From: a virus
Taxonomy: Duplodnaviria; Caudoviricetes
IMG/VR virus record: IMGVR_UViG_2934156241_000002
Coordinates: 19,954-83,953 of that record
Length of the DNA stretch: 64,000 bases
Direction: 5' to 3' (one strand)
Positions within the stretch are counted from its first letter, which is position 1; each line of letters begins with the position of its first letter. The translations under genes were made by a program, and so were the position numbers. Below are positions 63,482-64,000 of the stretch, one piece after another. The notes beneath the pieces were generated by a model, which saw only the letters and a list, made by a program, of their open reading frames with translations, was not told where the DNA came from and searched no databases.

Positions 63482-64000
63482 TCAGCGTGGGGGCCTGGAC
63501 ACTCCTCCCACGTAGGCCTCGATCCCGCGGCGCTGAATTCGGCCGCCCGGCACGACGCGGGAAGCGGGGGGCGGCTTGGGGATGTTCCGCTTCGCGCGAG
63601 TGCTCTGGTCTCCGCCGATCAAGTGCCGGTTGTCGACTTTCGCAGCGCAGTCATCTCCCGAGACCTCGTCCAGCGGGCGGCGGCACCCTTTGCAGTAGAC
63701 CTCCAAGGCGTCGATGCGCTGTCCCTCGACCGTCTTGAAGCTGCCCCGGTGATCTGCGATCTTCGCGATCTTGGATGTGACCTGTACTTCTGCGGCGACC
63801 ACCCACACGTGCGAGAGGTCCGGGGCCTTGCCGGGTTTCTCGGCGGCCGCCGGTTCCACCACGGGGGTGGCCGGGACAGGCTGGTCGACGAGCGTGGCCG
63901 ACGTCGCGACTCCTGGCTCGGGGGCGAGCCAGGAGCACAGCGACTCCTGCAGGCGCGAGCGGCCGGTCTCGGATGAAAGGGGGGCTATTGCGGTCGTCAC
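63482..64000 (-). CDS. Hypothetical protein with CxxC (start may lie outside the window)
   Basis: HVWVVAA...EVYCKGCRRP...HLIGG. Confidence 0.6.
   Translation of the reverse strand: MTTAIAPLSSETGRSRLQESLCSWLAPEPGVATSATLVDQPVPATPVVEPAAAEKPGKAPDLSHVWVVAAEVQVTSKIAKIADHRGSFKTVEGQRIDALEVYCKGCRRPLDEVSGDDCAAKVDNRHLIGGDQSTRAKRNIPKPPPASRVVPGGRIQRRGIEAYVGGVSRPPR

Larger units (their letters stand above)
1..64000. mobile_element. Temperate siphovirus / phage-plasmid of a Streptomyces-like host (partial)
   Basis: Head-neck-tail-lysis gene set from portal to holin, plus replication, TA and spread-type genes; no host core operon apart from ssb. Confidence 0.88.

Overview
High-GC window from a Streptomyces-like actinomycete (the SSB closely resembles Streptomyces SsbA). 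It covers most of a large temperate siphovirus that probably persists as a plasmid (phage-plasmid). No integrase or large terminase lies inside the window. The left part (1-18 kb) holds an EspR-like regulator, a MazF-type toxin-antitoxin pair, two separate replication modules (one with iteron-like repeats and a DnaA box inside the gene), a BldN-like ECF sigma cassette, ssb, endolysin, a small-terminase-like gene, a ParB-N gene, a DUF2637/Spd-like membrane protein, an AAA recombinase-like ATPase and an 800-bp non-coding GCGCGC array. The right part (18-64 kb) is a minus-strand morphogenesis cluster: portal-MuF fusion, a 5,845-aa DarB-like methylase/SNF2 giant protein, protease-Nudix fusion, major capsid, neck, tail, frameshifted chaperone, tape measure, tail tip and holin. 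Main observations: (1) a bipartite promoter-like motif, CGCGACRYWA-N15-CANNNT, occurs 16 times ahead of late genes; (2) a TnpV-like gene with its own RBS is nested out of frame inside the giant gene; (3) the giant protein carries two copies of the protease's C-terminal peptide, a candidate encapsidation tag, pointing to a virion-delivered cargo system; (4) the GCGCGC array; (5) a tRNA-like cloverleaf in a late leader. All product calls come from motif recognition by eye; no database search was run.
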